DNA of 64,000 nt from NCBI RefSeq assembly GCF_964188315.1, contig NC_135659.1, positions 80,662,001-80,726,000 on the forward strand, in the 5' to 3' direction. This DNA comes from Podarcis muralis. Its lineage: Eukaryota. This document shows, in pieces, positions 36,814 to 46,860 of this stretch. The notes beneath the pieces are model-generated. The model worked only from the letters and a program-made list of their open reading frames with translations. It did not search any database and had not been told where the DNA came from. Both the position numbers and the translations under genes were made by a program. Position 1 is the stretch's first letter; every line of letters begins with the position of its first letter.

Positions 36814-37123
36814 TGTATAGTAATGTCTGAAACTCTGTACATCTGTAGGTTGTGTCTTCAACTGGCAGAATCTGCATAGTCAAGAGTCCCTGCTCAAAAT
36901 GGATAGACCTTCCAGTTTTTGTATGGATGCAGAGTGCAGAGATGAACAACTGTGATTTTTCTCCCTGCCCCTCAACACATTCAGAGTTGCATCTGAACAG
37001 TGCTGGTGTTCCAAATGATTAGAGGTACATTCAGGAAAAGGGAGGTGTTCAAGGTTTTATCAGTTATTACGTATCCCTAGTTGCAGAGATCACTTACCCA
37101 CTTAATACAAATGGGTTCCCATT

Positions 37124-37384
37124 GTTGGGTTCCCATTGTTTGGTCCCAGCTCCTCCCCACCTAGCATTTCAAAAGCACGTCAAAGTGCAAGTAGATAAGT
37201 AGGTACCGCTCCGGCGGAAAGGTAAACGGCGTTTCCATGCGCTGTTCTGGTTTGCCAGAAGTGGCTTAGTCATGCTGCCCACATGACCCGGAAGCTGTCT
37301 GCGAACAAACGTCGGCTCCCTCAGCCTATAGAGTGAGATGTCGTCCGCGACTGGACCTAACGGTCAGGGGTACCTTTACCTTTA
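37124..37384 (+). mobile_element. Sauria SINE, 5'-truncated, older subfamily
   Basis: gtgcaagtagata...ggtaaacggcgtttcc...ggggtacctttaccttta with the (ACCTTT)n tail. Confidence 0.85.
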
Positions 37385-37721
37385 TGTGACCTTTAAGTTT
37401 CTCATATTGAAGACGTTACATTAATGTACACACTGTAGGCAGGGTTTCTTTAAGCAAGAGTGTATTTCAGCAATGCAATCATATACCAGTAGTGCCATTG
37501 TGCACAAATATTGTTGAGATAAAACTTTTAGTTGCAGCAAATGGATCTCCTCCACCTGCTCCACCTGGTGAACATTTTTTTTAAAAAAACAAACCCAGTT
37601 GTCCCAAAATGGCTTGCTGTTCTGTTTCAGTCTAAAGTCTCCTGTCACTTTAAGTATAGTGATGGTAACGTATTTGGTCTTCTCATGTGAAAAAATGGTT
37701 TGGTGTGCAAACAATATAGAG

Positions 37722-38415
37722 CAGGCATAGGCAACCTAAGACCTGTGGGCCAGATACGGCCCAATCGCCTTCTCAATCTGGCCCATGGACGGTCCGGGAA
37801 TCAGCATGTTTTTACATGAGTAGAATGTTTCCTTTTATTTAAAATGCATCTCTGGGTTATTTGTGGGTGTCAGGGAACTGCCATCAGAGGCACGGGAGAA
37901 GGAGAGGGTCTCTGATTCTGCAGGTGAAGGTCCAAGCGCTAGAGGGAGACTCAGCCGGGAAGAAGGGGAAGAGAATGAGTGTAACACCAGGGATCAGGGA
38001 GAGCAACGGGACAGGGAGGTGCAGGGGCTCCAGGACTCTTCATTGGAAGTTAGCGAGGAGAGCCCCAGCACCCCACTGCCCACGCCCACCCTGCGCAGGA
38101 GACTCCCGCGCAGTGAGAGGAGGAAACGATTGGGCGTCAAACAGCTCTTATGTTGGCAACGCTTTAAGAAACGCCCACAGACAGATTCTACGAGTGACTA
38201 AGAGCAGCCACACTAAGATGGGCTGCGTAGTCCGGAGGGTTTAACCAGGCAATCCGAGGCTCAAACGGAGCAGGATTACGCACGAGTAACTCCCAATCCC
38301 TACAGCGGGGTATAAGAATTCATTCATTTTTTTATTTCAAAAATATAATACGGCCCACCACGTGGTCTGAGGGACGGTGGACCGGCCCATGGCTGGAAAA
38401 GGTTGCTGACCCCTG
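37722..38415 (+). mobile_element. hAT (Charlie-like) MITE containing a nested solo LTR
   Basis: CAGGCATAGGCAAC...GTTGCTGACCCCTG; 8-bp TSD ATATAGAG (37714-21 and 38416-23). Confidence 0.9.
37868..38304. mobile_element. Probable solo LTR (Gypsy-like)
   Basis: TGTCAGGG...CCCTACA termini; 5-bp flanks GTGGG/GCGGG; absent from the related MITE copy at 48799-48996. Confidence 0.65.
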
Positions 38416-38568
38416 ATATAGAGTGCACTGGAGGCCATTGAGCAGGCAGAGATGGAACAGCAGTTGTTGTTAAATAAATTTCTATACTGCCCTTCATCTG
38501 AAATCACAAGGTGGTTTACAATATAAAAACACAAAAATGCATAACACAGTAATAAACAAAACCAAACA

Positions 38569-38613
<45 letters not shown>

Positions 38614-38780
38614 TATAATAATTATAATAATTATAATAATTATAATAATAAACATTTATTTGTATCCTGCCCTCCCCAGCCAAAACCGGGCTCAGGGCGG
38701 CTAACATCAAATATATAACATTGGTATAAAATCAAACAAGAATTAAATTACCTCCTAAAAACAAGTCAGGGTCAAATTAA
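38569..38780 (-). mobile_element. L2 3' UTR/tail fragment with long (AAT)n
   Basis: ccgccctccccagcc..ccgggctcagggcggctaac matches 39101-39180; (AAT)n 38569-38651. Confidence 0.75.
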
Positions 38781-39183
38781 AATCTAATTAAACCTATTTT
38801 AAAAAGCCATAGGTTATTTAATTAGCCCAAAGTACTGGGAGAATAAAAATATTTTTGCTTGGCACCTAAAGATATGTAGAGAAAGTGCCAGGCAAGCCTG
38901 GGGAGTGCATTCCACGTGGGGAGCCACCACAGAAAAGACTTGATCTTGTGTTGCTGCCTTCCAGGTCTCTAATGGAGGAGGCACACAAATAAGGGCTCAG
39001 AAAATGATTGTGGGGTCCAAGGCAGTTTATATGGGGAGAGGCTGGCAAGAGGCAGTCCTTGAGGTATTGCAGAGATTTAAAGATGCAGTTATGCCTAGTT
39101 ATAATAATAATAATAATAAAAAATTTTATTTATATCCCGCCCTCCCCAGCCGAAGCCGGGCTCAGGGCGGCTAACAACAATAA

Positions 39184-39414
39184 AAGGTAAAGGTACCCCT
39201 GCCCGTACGGGCCAGTCTTGACAGACTCTGGGGTTGTGCGCCCATCTCACTCAAGAGGCCGGGGGCCAGCGCTGTCCGGAGACACTTCCGGGTCACGTGG
39301 CCAGCGTGACAAGCTGCATCTGGCGAGCCAGCGCAGCACATGGAAACGCCGTTTACCTTCCCGCCAGTAAGCGGTCCCTATTTATCTACTTGCACCCGGG
39401 GGTGCTTTTGAACT
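39184..39414 (-). mobile_element. Sauria SINE, 5'-truncated, young subfamily, nested in the L2 3' UTR
   Basis: Near-identical to 63499-63730; (ACCTTT) tail on the minus strand. Confidence 0.95.
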
Positions 39415-39525
39415 CAAAAGTACAACATAAACAACATTCTAAAATCATTCATTATAAAAATTAATTAATTCAAGCCACTAGCAACCATTGGGCCAGAGCT
39501 CCGCGAAGATTGCCGAGGGAGGGAG

Positions 39526-41127
39526 TCAGGCTGTGCCCTGGCCAAAGGCCTGGTGGAACAGCTCTGTCTTGCAGGCCCTGCGGAAAGATGTCAAGTCCCG
39601 CAGGGCCCTGGTCTCTTGTGACAGAGTGTTCCACCAGATCGGAGCCACAGCCGAAAAAGCCCTGGCTCTAGTTGAGGCCAGCCTAACTTCTCTGTGGCCT
39701 GGGACCTTCAAGATGTTTTTATTTGAAGACCGTAAGTTTCTCTGTGGGGCATACCAGGAGAGGCGGTCCCGTAGGTACGAGGGTCCTAGGCGATATAGGG
39801 CTTTAAAGGTTAAAACCAGCACCTTAAACCTGATCCTGTACTCCACCGGGAGCCAGTGCAGCTGGTATAGCACCGGGTGAATGTGATCTCGCAGCGAAGA
39901 CCTCGTAAGGAGTCTCGCTGCAGCATTCTGCACCCGCTGGAGTTTCTGGGTCAGTCTCAAGGGCAGCCCCACGTAGAGCGAGTTACAATAATCCAGTCTG
40001 GAGGTGACCGTCGCGTGGATCACAGTGGCTAGGTCAGGGCGAGAGAGGTAAGGAGCCAACTGCTTAGCTTGGCGGAGATGGAAAAATGCCGCCTTTGTTA
40101 TAGCTGCAATCTGCGCCTCCATGGAAAGGGAGGTGTCGAAGATTACACCCAAACTCTTAACGGATGGTGCTGGCACTAATTGCGCCCCCGCAAGAGATGG
40201 GAGTTGTACCCCCAATCCCATATCGCCCCATCCCAGCCACAGGACCTCTGTCTTCGAAGGATTTAGCTTCAACCGGCTCCCACGTAACCATCCAGCCACA
40301 GCTTCCAAACATCTGGTCAGTGTGTCTGGGGCCGAGTCAGGATGGCCATCCATCAACAGATAGAGTTGGGTGTCATCGGCATACTGATGACAACCCAACC
40401 CAAAACTCCGAACAAGCTGGGCGAGGGGGCGCATAAAGATGTTGAAAAGCATCGGGGAGAGTATCGCACCCTGAGGTACTCCACACACCAAGGAGTGGCG
40501 CGATGACAATTCCCCCCCCCCAAGCACCACCCTCTGTCCCCGACCAGAGAGAAACGAGCGCAGCCATTGAAGGACTGTGCCCTGGATCCCCACGTCGGCA
40601 AGGCGGTGGTCCAGAAATTCGTGATCGACCATGTCGAAAGCTGCTGATAGATCTAGAAGAATCAGCAGCCCCGACCCGCCTCGATCCATCTGTCTACGAA
40701 GATCATCTGTTAGGGCAACCAGAGCCGTCTCGGTCCCATGACCAGCGCGGAAGCCGGACTGGAATGGATCCAGAGCCGATGTTTCATCCAGAAACCCACC
40801 AAGCTGTTCAGCAACCGCTCTCTCAATCACCTTACCCAGGAACGGAAGATTCGAAACCGGGCGGTAATTGGATGGATCTAAAGGATCTAATGATGTTTTC
40901 TTTAAGAGCGGGCGCACCACTGCCTCCTTCAGTTCCCCTGGGAATGTCCCCGTGCCAAGGGACAAATTGATGATATCCCCCAGGAGGGCCCGCACCTCGT
41001 CTGGACACGCTCTAATCAGCCAAGACGGGCACGGGTCGAGAGGACAGGTGGTGGGCTTTCCAGCTCGGAGGAGTCTGTCCACATCGGCTGGGGATATCCG
41101 GTCGAAGTGGTCCAATACTGGACCCAA
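39526..41127 (-). CDS. L2 ORF2 reverse transcriptase region, 533 aa, endonuclease missing
   Basis: Motifs NYRPVSNLPFLGKVIE, QSGFRAGHGTETAL, LDLSAAFD, GVPQGAILSP, YADDTQLY, SLGVIFD, SRLDYCNSL; no stop or frameshift. The first codon is a fortuitous TTG at the truncation point. Confidence 0.9.
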   Translation of the reverse strand: MGPVLDHFDRISPADVDRLLRAGKPTTCPLDPCPSWLIRACPDEVRALLGDIINLSLGTGTFPGELKEAVVRPLLKKTSLDPLDPSNYRPVSNLPFLGKVIERAVAEQLGGFLDETSALDPFQSGFRAGHGTETALVALTDDLRRQMDRGGSGLLILLDLSAAFDMVDHEFLDHRLADVGIQGTVLQWLRSFLSGRGQRVVLGGGELSSRHSLVCGVPQGAILSPMLFNIFMRPLAQLVRSFGLGCHQYADDTQLYLLMDGHPDSAPDTLTRCLEAVAGWLRGSRLKLNPSKTEVLWLGWGDMGLGVQLPSLAGAQLVPAPSVKSLGVIFDTSLSMEAQIAAITKAAFFHLRQAKQLAPYLSRPDLATVIHATVTSRLDYCNSLYVGLPLRLTQKLQRVQNAAARLLTRSSLRDHIHPVLYQLHWLPVEYRIRFKVLVLTFKALYRLGPSYLRDRLSWYAPQRNLRSSNKNILKVPGHREVRLASTRARAFSAVAPIWWNTLSQETRALRDLTSFRRACKTELFHQAFGQGTA

Positions 41128-42732
41128 GGACTAGGTTCCCAAATGTGTTAGACCATGGGTAGGCAAACTAAGGCTCGGGGGGCGGATCTGGCCCAATCAT
41201 GTGTGAATGATTTTGTAGAATTTAAGAGTATGTCTTGAAACTTGTTTGGGTGAAGTTCAGAAAGCTTCAATTGTCTCTGTGGTGTTCTGATGTGAAGAGG
41301 GATGGACTTAAAAGACCTAACGTGTGCGCAAAAATAGTGGGAGGCAGAGTAGACCTATTTATATTAATGGACCTAACTTGGTCATGTTCATTTATTTCAG
41401 TAGGTCTACTCGGAGTAAATTTAGTTGAGAGGAAAAAAATCTGGGTAATTGAGATTTTACAAAGAAACCACATAAATTTCATAGCTATTCCAGTGGAATT
41501 AAGAAAAAAATGCAGGCAACTGTATTGGTTCTTTAGAAGACTTCTAAACTCTTGTAACAGCAACATTACAACAAAAAGTTGTAAAGTAGTAAGGCACTTT
41601 CAGGTTTCCCAGAGTTTTTTCAGGTTAGGTGGAAGAGGAGTTAGAAAAAACCTGACATGCCCTTTATCATCATCCTCTGGACACTTTTATAGAGCAGGGC
41701 AGAAATAGTTTTGAAGGTCACCCTTCATCTTCAGAGCAGTTTCAAAACTACCAGGGGGGGAAACCCAGTTACAAAATATGCAGACTTATTTTTCTGTAAA
41801 GTAAATGAAGGAATATTTAATTCACAGAACTGTTTGTTAAGCTGGATGTTAAATGCAAAAACTAACACACTATGTCACCTTCAGTTGGTATTAATAATAT
41901 ACTATTGCCACATTTAAATCTTGCTACTCCTCATAACTTGCTTGTTGGAAATTGTGCAAATGTTGTGAAGCTATAAATATCTCTAAACAAACACTTGGTA
42001 AGAAAACTTTATGGAATCTATTTTTCACTGTCGGATTCCTAGAAAAACAGTAGCTGTAACTGGAGCTTCAAAAAAAAATTGCCTTCCTATGGAATCTGGT
42101 ACTCAGTGAGTTAACTTTTCATTTGCAGCTGAAAGTTCTGTCTTCAGTTGCTGTTTTCTGATTGGTTGCTAAAAGGTGAAATTGAAATCACGGTGAACTT
42201 TTGACCCCATAGCAGTTCTTGTGGAACGCCTACCACTTGCAGAGAAAGAGGGTGGTTTTTTTTTGCCTCCTTTCCTGTATTTATTCTGTGTGATCGTGCA
42301 GCTCCGCATGCAATCTTTTGAGGTGGGGGTGGAGGGAGATAAAGAACAAGTACAAGCAAGTAGCTTCCATGTTCCAGTAACAGCAGAGTTGGCATTTTCC
42401 CTCTACTTAGCAACACCCACAATTAAAACAACCTGGCAAATAAGTAGACTCTCTCCCCTTAATTTGTTGGATTCTCTTTCTGTGCAAACGCTATGGATAC
42501 TGACAATGTAAAAGGCAGACAATTTGAGACTATTTGTCTAACGAACACTTGCATCCCAAAATATTAGGTTCTTTTGGTTTGGAAATAAGTGGTGATAAAC
42601 ATTGGAAATTCTTGGAGGCTTTTAATGTCAGCACAAAATGTCAGCTGACATGCTGCTAATAAACAAAGTTTTTTTGATTTGCTTTAGTAGTCAGACAGCG
42701 ATTTTGTTTGCATTCCATTTAACCTGGGGAAG

Positions 42733-42890
42733 GGTCATAGCTCTGTGATAGAACATGGACAATCCCTGTCATCTCCAGATAGGGCTGTGAGAGGCCTTTT
42801 CTCTTAAATCCTGGAGAGCTGCTGCCTGTACAACACCTTCAATGTGGATGATACGGAACTAGGTGGACCAATGGTCCAACTTGGCATAAT
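42733..42890 (+). mobile_element. Old MIR/Ther1-like tRNA-derived SINE
   Basis: catagctctgtgatagaac (A box remnant), caatccctgtcatctccag, ctggagagctgctgcc, ggaccaatggtc. Confidence 0.6.
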
Positions 42891-42963
42891 GGGTGTGTGT
42901 GTGAAAATCTCAATGCTATGTGTAGTGAATGATGGAGCACAGTTGTCCTCTCATGCAACTCTA

Positions 42964-43135
42964 CAGTGGACCTTCGGGTAGCGTAATCCTCGGGTTGCGA
43001 ACACGGCCCGTGCGCATGCGCAGAAACGCTCAATCGCGCCGCTTGGGTGTGCAGAAGGGCACCTCTGGTTATGAAGTTTTTGGGATGTGGCCGGGCCTCC
43101 GGAATGGATCCCATTCGCAACGGGAGGTACCACTG
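42964..43135 (+). mobile_element. Tc1/mariner MITE variant
   Basis: TA-CAGTGGACCTTCGGGT...GGGAGGTACCACTG-TA; contains TGCGCATGCGCA at 43011-43022. Confidence 0.85.
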
Positions 43136-43954
43136 TATTTGGTTTCATTGGTGCATACAGCAAAACTGTGATAGGAATTTAAGTGGCAGTTTGTGCCCAA
43201 CAGCTGTGTATTTGAGAAATCCCAGTTAAATCATCTTGTTGCATCCCAATCCTAAGCAAATTTTTTTTAAAGAAAAAATATTTAGTAGCACTGTTTTCAT
43301 CCAAATTTGCTGTTAATTACTTGGGTTTAGTATTGCATTCTTGATGCTATCAAGATTTTATGCTTCAGGTTTTGTTTATTAAATGGTTTCTCATACAGGG
43401 AACCTCCCATTTGCACAGGTTCAACACACACACAACCGCCAAAGTGTGTGCTGTTTTGGCCCTGGAAGGGGACGGAAGAGGGTGTTTCCCGCCAACACAT
43501 GTGCCTTGAAATACAGCCCCTGTGCAAATGCGTAATTGCTTGTATTAGTTCAATGTTTACATGTCTTTATTCTTTAATTTTCCTAAGTTTATTTTGATAA
43601 TAAAGATTTTTAAAAACTCAGTCATATTGCAAGTATTGCCATGGAGGAAAATAGTTTGGATTTTCAAATTAGAAAACCTTTAATGTTGTTTCACAAATTA
43701 GATGTGAATAACAGCACAGTTCTGTAATATAAAAAAGGAGTTGAAATTAGCCAGCCTAAACTGTATTTAAGCACTTATTGTTGTTTATTTTTAAATTTTA
43801 CTTGCTACTGTGACAATAGATTCATAATCTGATTGACTCTACTAATAAATGGAGGTGCTTAGCTTAGTATTCTAGGAACGTAATTAACATGATAAACATT
43901 TTAGCCATTTTCAATTTTCTGAAACTGGTAATTTTTTCTTTCCTCTGGACTCAG

Positions 43955-44126
43955 AGAAAGTACTGAGGCAACAGTTGAAATCTTACGTTTTAACTTGAGG
44001 CATATTATCTAGACAGGGCTTGCGTGCAATAATTCCAGTGGACTATTACTATGTCAGAGTGATTATTTAGAAACATTTTGCTTAATCATCTTGTAACAGC
44101 TCATGTTTGAAAGAAGTGTAGCACAT
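43955..44126 (+). other. Candidate non-coding exon
   Basis: ttttttctttcctctggactcag|AGA acceptor and CAT|gtaagg donor in a repeat-free interval. Confidence 0.25.
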
Positions 44127-44421
44127 GTAAGGCTTATGACTGCAAACTGCTAATTTTTGATGGTTATTGTTTCTATTATACAGTTTGATCTGGGGTACAG
44201 TAGAGGTAGAATCCTTGTGTATAGCCTTGCCTATAGCATCAAAGGAACAATGAATTTAATATGATTAATAGCAAATTCTCTTTACCCCGCCCCCCCTTGG
44301 GTGCAGTTCACCTCGAAACAGTAATAGCAAAATGCCTTCATAATGATACTCTGTGGCCTCTGTTCTAATCAGTGTTCCCAAGTAACAGATATTGTAGTTT
44401 GACTCTCCTCGCCTCCCGCAG

Positions 44422-44549
44422 TCTTTTGTCTAGCGTCGTTTTACACTGTACACACTGGCTATTTTTATTTCTCATGCAAGATATCTTTGGATTTACTGTG
44501 CATGTATTTTGATACAGGAAATCATATTACAAACCAGCCTTTTTTTTTG
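44422..44549 (+). other. Candidate non-coding exon
   Basis: tttgactctcctcgcctcccgcag|TC acceptor and TTG|gtgaga donor; local CpGs retained. Confidence 0.3.
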
Positions 44550-44997
44550 GTGAGATGAGTTGGCGTTTTATTATATCCTGACCAAACATTTAATTAGGAA
44601 TAATTAACTAATGGTTGGCACAAATAAGTTACTTAAGAATGTCTCTGTGAAGCAATTGTCTTTTATCAAATCCATAACCTTTTCCAAAAATCATTTGGAT
44701 TTCCCTCTAGTATTAATGGTCCAATAGAGTCTTAAAGGATTAATATTTTAAAATCACATGGCATTCGGTTATGAAATTTGAAAACTGTCCTCCATATATC
44801 TGCTAGCATTTGCTTTACCTGTGATCACATAATACCTCATCTATTGTGCAACCTATTCAGTTGGGTGCTCTACAGAAAGTAGTTCTAGACTATATTCTCT
44901 ATTGATATAAAGAACTTCTCAGCAACCACGCAGAAGTATTCTATTTGTCAGAATTTTTTCTACTGTAGCCCAGCCCCATACAAACTTTTGAAATGCC

Positions 44998-45000
<3 letters not shown>

Positions 45001-45030
<30 letters not shown>
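45001..45030. repeat. (GT)15 microsatellite
   Basis: Read directly. Other simple repeats: 19094-19126 (GT), 25099-25140 (CT/GT), 26676-26704 (GTT), 27594-27623 (ATT), 28981-29001 (GA), 52153-52206 (AAT). Confidence 0.95.
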
Positions 45031-45031
<1 letters not shown>

Positions 45032-45059
45032 AAACTCTGTGTGTGGCAGGCCACAAGAA

Positions 45060-45205
45060 GCTGAATAGCTCAGTTGGTTAGAGTGTGGTACTGTTAACGC
45101 CAAGGCTGCAGGTTCAGTCCCCTTAAGGGACAGCTGCATATTCCTGCATTTCAGGGGGGTTGGACTAGATGATCCTCGGGGTCCTTTCCAACTCTGTGAT
45201 TCTAA
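45060..45205 (+). mobile_element. tRNA-derived SINE with CR1-like 3' tail
   Basis: A box TAGCTCAGTTGG 45066-77, B box GGTTCAGTCCC 45111-21, tail gggttggactagatgatcc...ttccaactctgtgattct. Confidence 0.85.
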
Positions 45206-46149
45206 GGACCCTCCCCCAATGTTTTAGTAAGATGTCTTTTTATTGTATGGTTTGCAGTAATAATTACCAAAAATATTGAATCTTATAATACTAGTAACAA
45301 CTTGTTTCTGAGCTGCATTTACCAGTTTTGTGGCTGTTTACTATTGTACACTGTAATTTGTCATACATAGTGGTATCTTTAGCTGCAGTAATAGAAAACT
45401 ACTAAATATACTACCTTACGGTACAGAAATGTACTAAAATTAAGTTTTAGTTAAAAAAATTATTTTACTTTTGACTCAAAATTGTAATAGACTTTGTATG
45501 GATCCCTTAAAATGCTTGAGAAAGTTTGTCATTCTACTCCAGTTAAAGTAGCAATTTAGTACTGTGGAATTCCAGGGGCCATAGCCTTTCAGTACCCAAA
45601 GACATGATCTCATTCATAGTTTATGGCACTAACATTTTCACTGCTGAAAATTGAGAGCTAACTGCTGTTTATTCCCATTGCAAATCTAAGCTATGCAATG
45701 AGCATTCTGTTTGTCTTTAAATGAAGTGTGCCAGACAATTTAATAAACTTGAATATATGTCACTTTTTTTGCTGGTCTGCAGTTTGTCCTGAATGCAAAA
45801 TCCACTTTGGCTCCTTGCTTCTTCCCACCCCTTACAAATCACAATTTTTTTACTCTGAGCAAATTCATCTACTTTTTAGGTGTTCTTTGGTTTCTTCACC
45901 CAATATTTCATTTTGAGACCTGTACCTTTGTTCAGTTGTCACACCAACTCAATTCCCAACTCAAAACTTGGTTTGCTAAAACTTTCCCAGAAATATAATT
46001 TCTCCATTTCTATACATTCTACAATCCAGAACCTCCCTTGCTATACATTCATCAAAAAAATGCTGCTGACTTTTATTATTGTTAATATGTGATTGTACTG
46101 AGAAATAGTCTTATGTATTTCTAATATCTTCCTGTCTTCCACTGAATAT

Positions 46150-46308
46150 TGGCTCATCCAGACCAACATTGTTTTAGATGGGCTAGTGGCTCTCCATGTT
46201 TTCAATACAAAGGCCTTGCCCAGACTTGAGATATCTGTTAACTATCCAGGTATGAAGCTTAGGACCACCTGCATGCAACGCATGTGCTCTACTACTGAAG
46301 TAAGGCCT
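46150..46308 (-). mobile_element. Old MIR/Ther1-like SINE
   Basis: Minus strand ggccttacttcagtagtagagcacatgcgttgcatgcagg is a degenerate tRNA head. Confidence 0.55.
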
Positions 46309-46569
46309 TTTGGAACGATGTGGTACCTCTGCTTGTCCTAGGTACCAGGGACTGACTTTATTTTTGTTGGCTGTTTAGATTTATATGGCTGGTTATCAAT
46401 AAAATTCTCTGGCTAGCTTAAAAATGACAGTAGTACAACCCAATATACAGTAATTAAAATCAACAGTAACAAATTAAAAAACAACAGAAAATATTCCTTG
46501 TAAAAGATAGCATAAATTGTTTACAGCTCAGATTAAGGCCACAGTAGCCTCAACAGCCCAATATTAATT

Positions 46570-46860
46570 TAAGCACAATATTAAAAAATCCTGGATGAAC
46601 AAAGAGTGTCTTCGCCTGGCATTGAAAAGGCCATAGAAACTCTAGGGAGAGTTTCAGGCCACCACTGAAAAAGGTATCTTGGTTAGGAATATTTGGGAGG
46701 AGGGAGAACTTTTCATGCAACCTGGTTTCAAACTGTTTACAGCTTTAAGAGTTAAAGACAGCACTTTTAATTGGTCCCAGAAACAGATTGGGGGCAGTCT
46801 TTCTTTTCGACCAACACATGTTGCCAGCTTTTCTGTTATGGAAAAATAATGTTCTGGCAT
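46570..46860 (-). mobile_element. Old L2 3' fragment
   Basis: QLKVLSLTLKAVNSLKPG...; gccttttcaatgccaggc. Confidence 0.55.

Larger units (their letters stand above)
39101..41130 (-). mobile_element. Young 5'-truncated L2 LINE (RT, 3' UTR and (TAT)n tail)
   Basis: Uninterrupted RT frame, 3' UTR 39101-39525 split by a Sauria SINE, high retained CpG. Confidence 0.95.

Noticed and set aside
41235-41708. 157-aa ORF in AT-rich DNA
   Set aside because: TTG start and no recognisable homology or splice context. It spans a small palindromic repeat (gagtagaccta...taggtctactc), so it is probably chance.
43955-43995. KVLRQQLKSY resembling a La-motif helix
   Set aside because: A stop follows within four codons and the similarity is too short to mean anything.
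45060-45135. Possible tRNA gene
   Set aside because: A and B boxes are present but there is no acceptor stem, and it runs into a CR1-type tail, so it is a SINE head.
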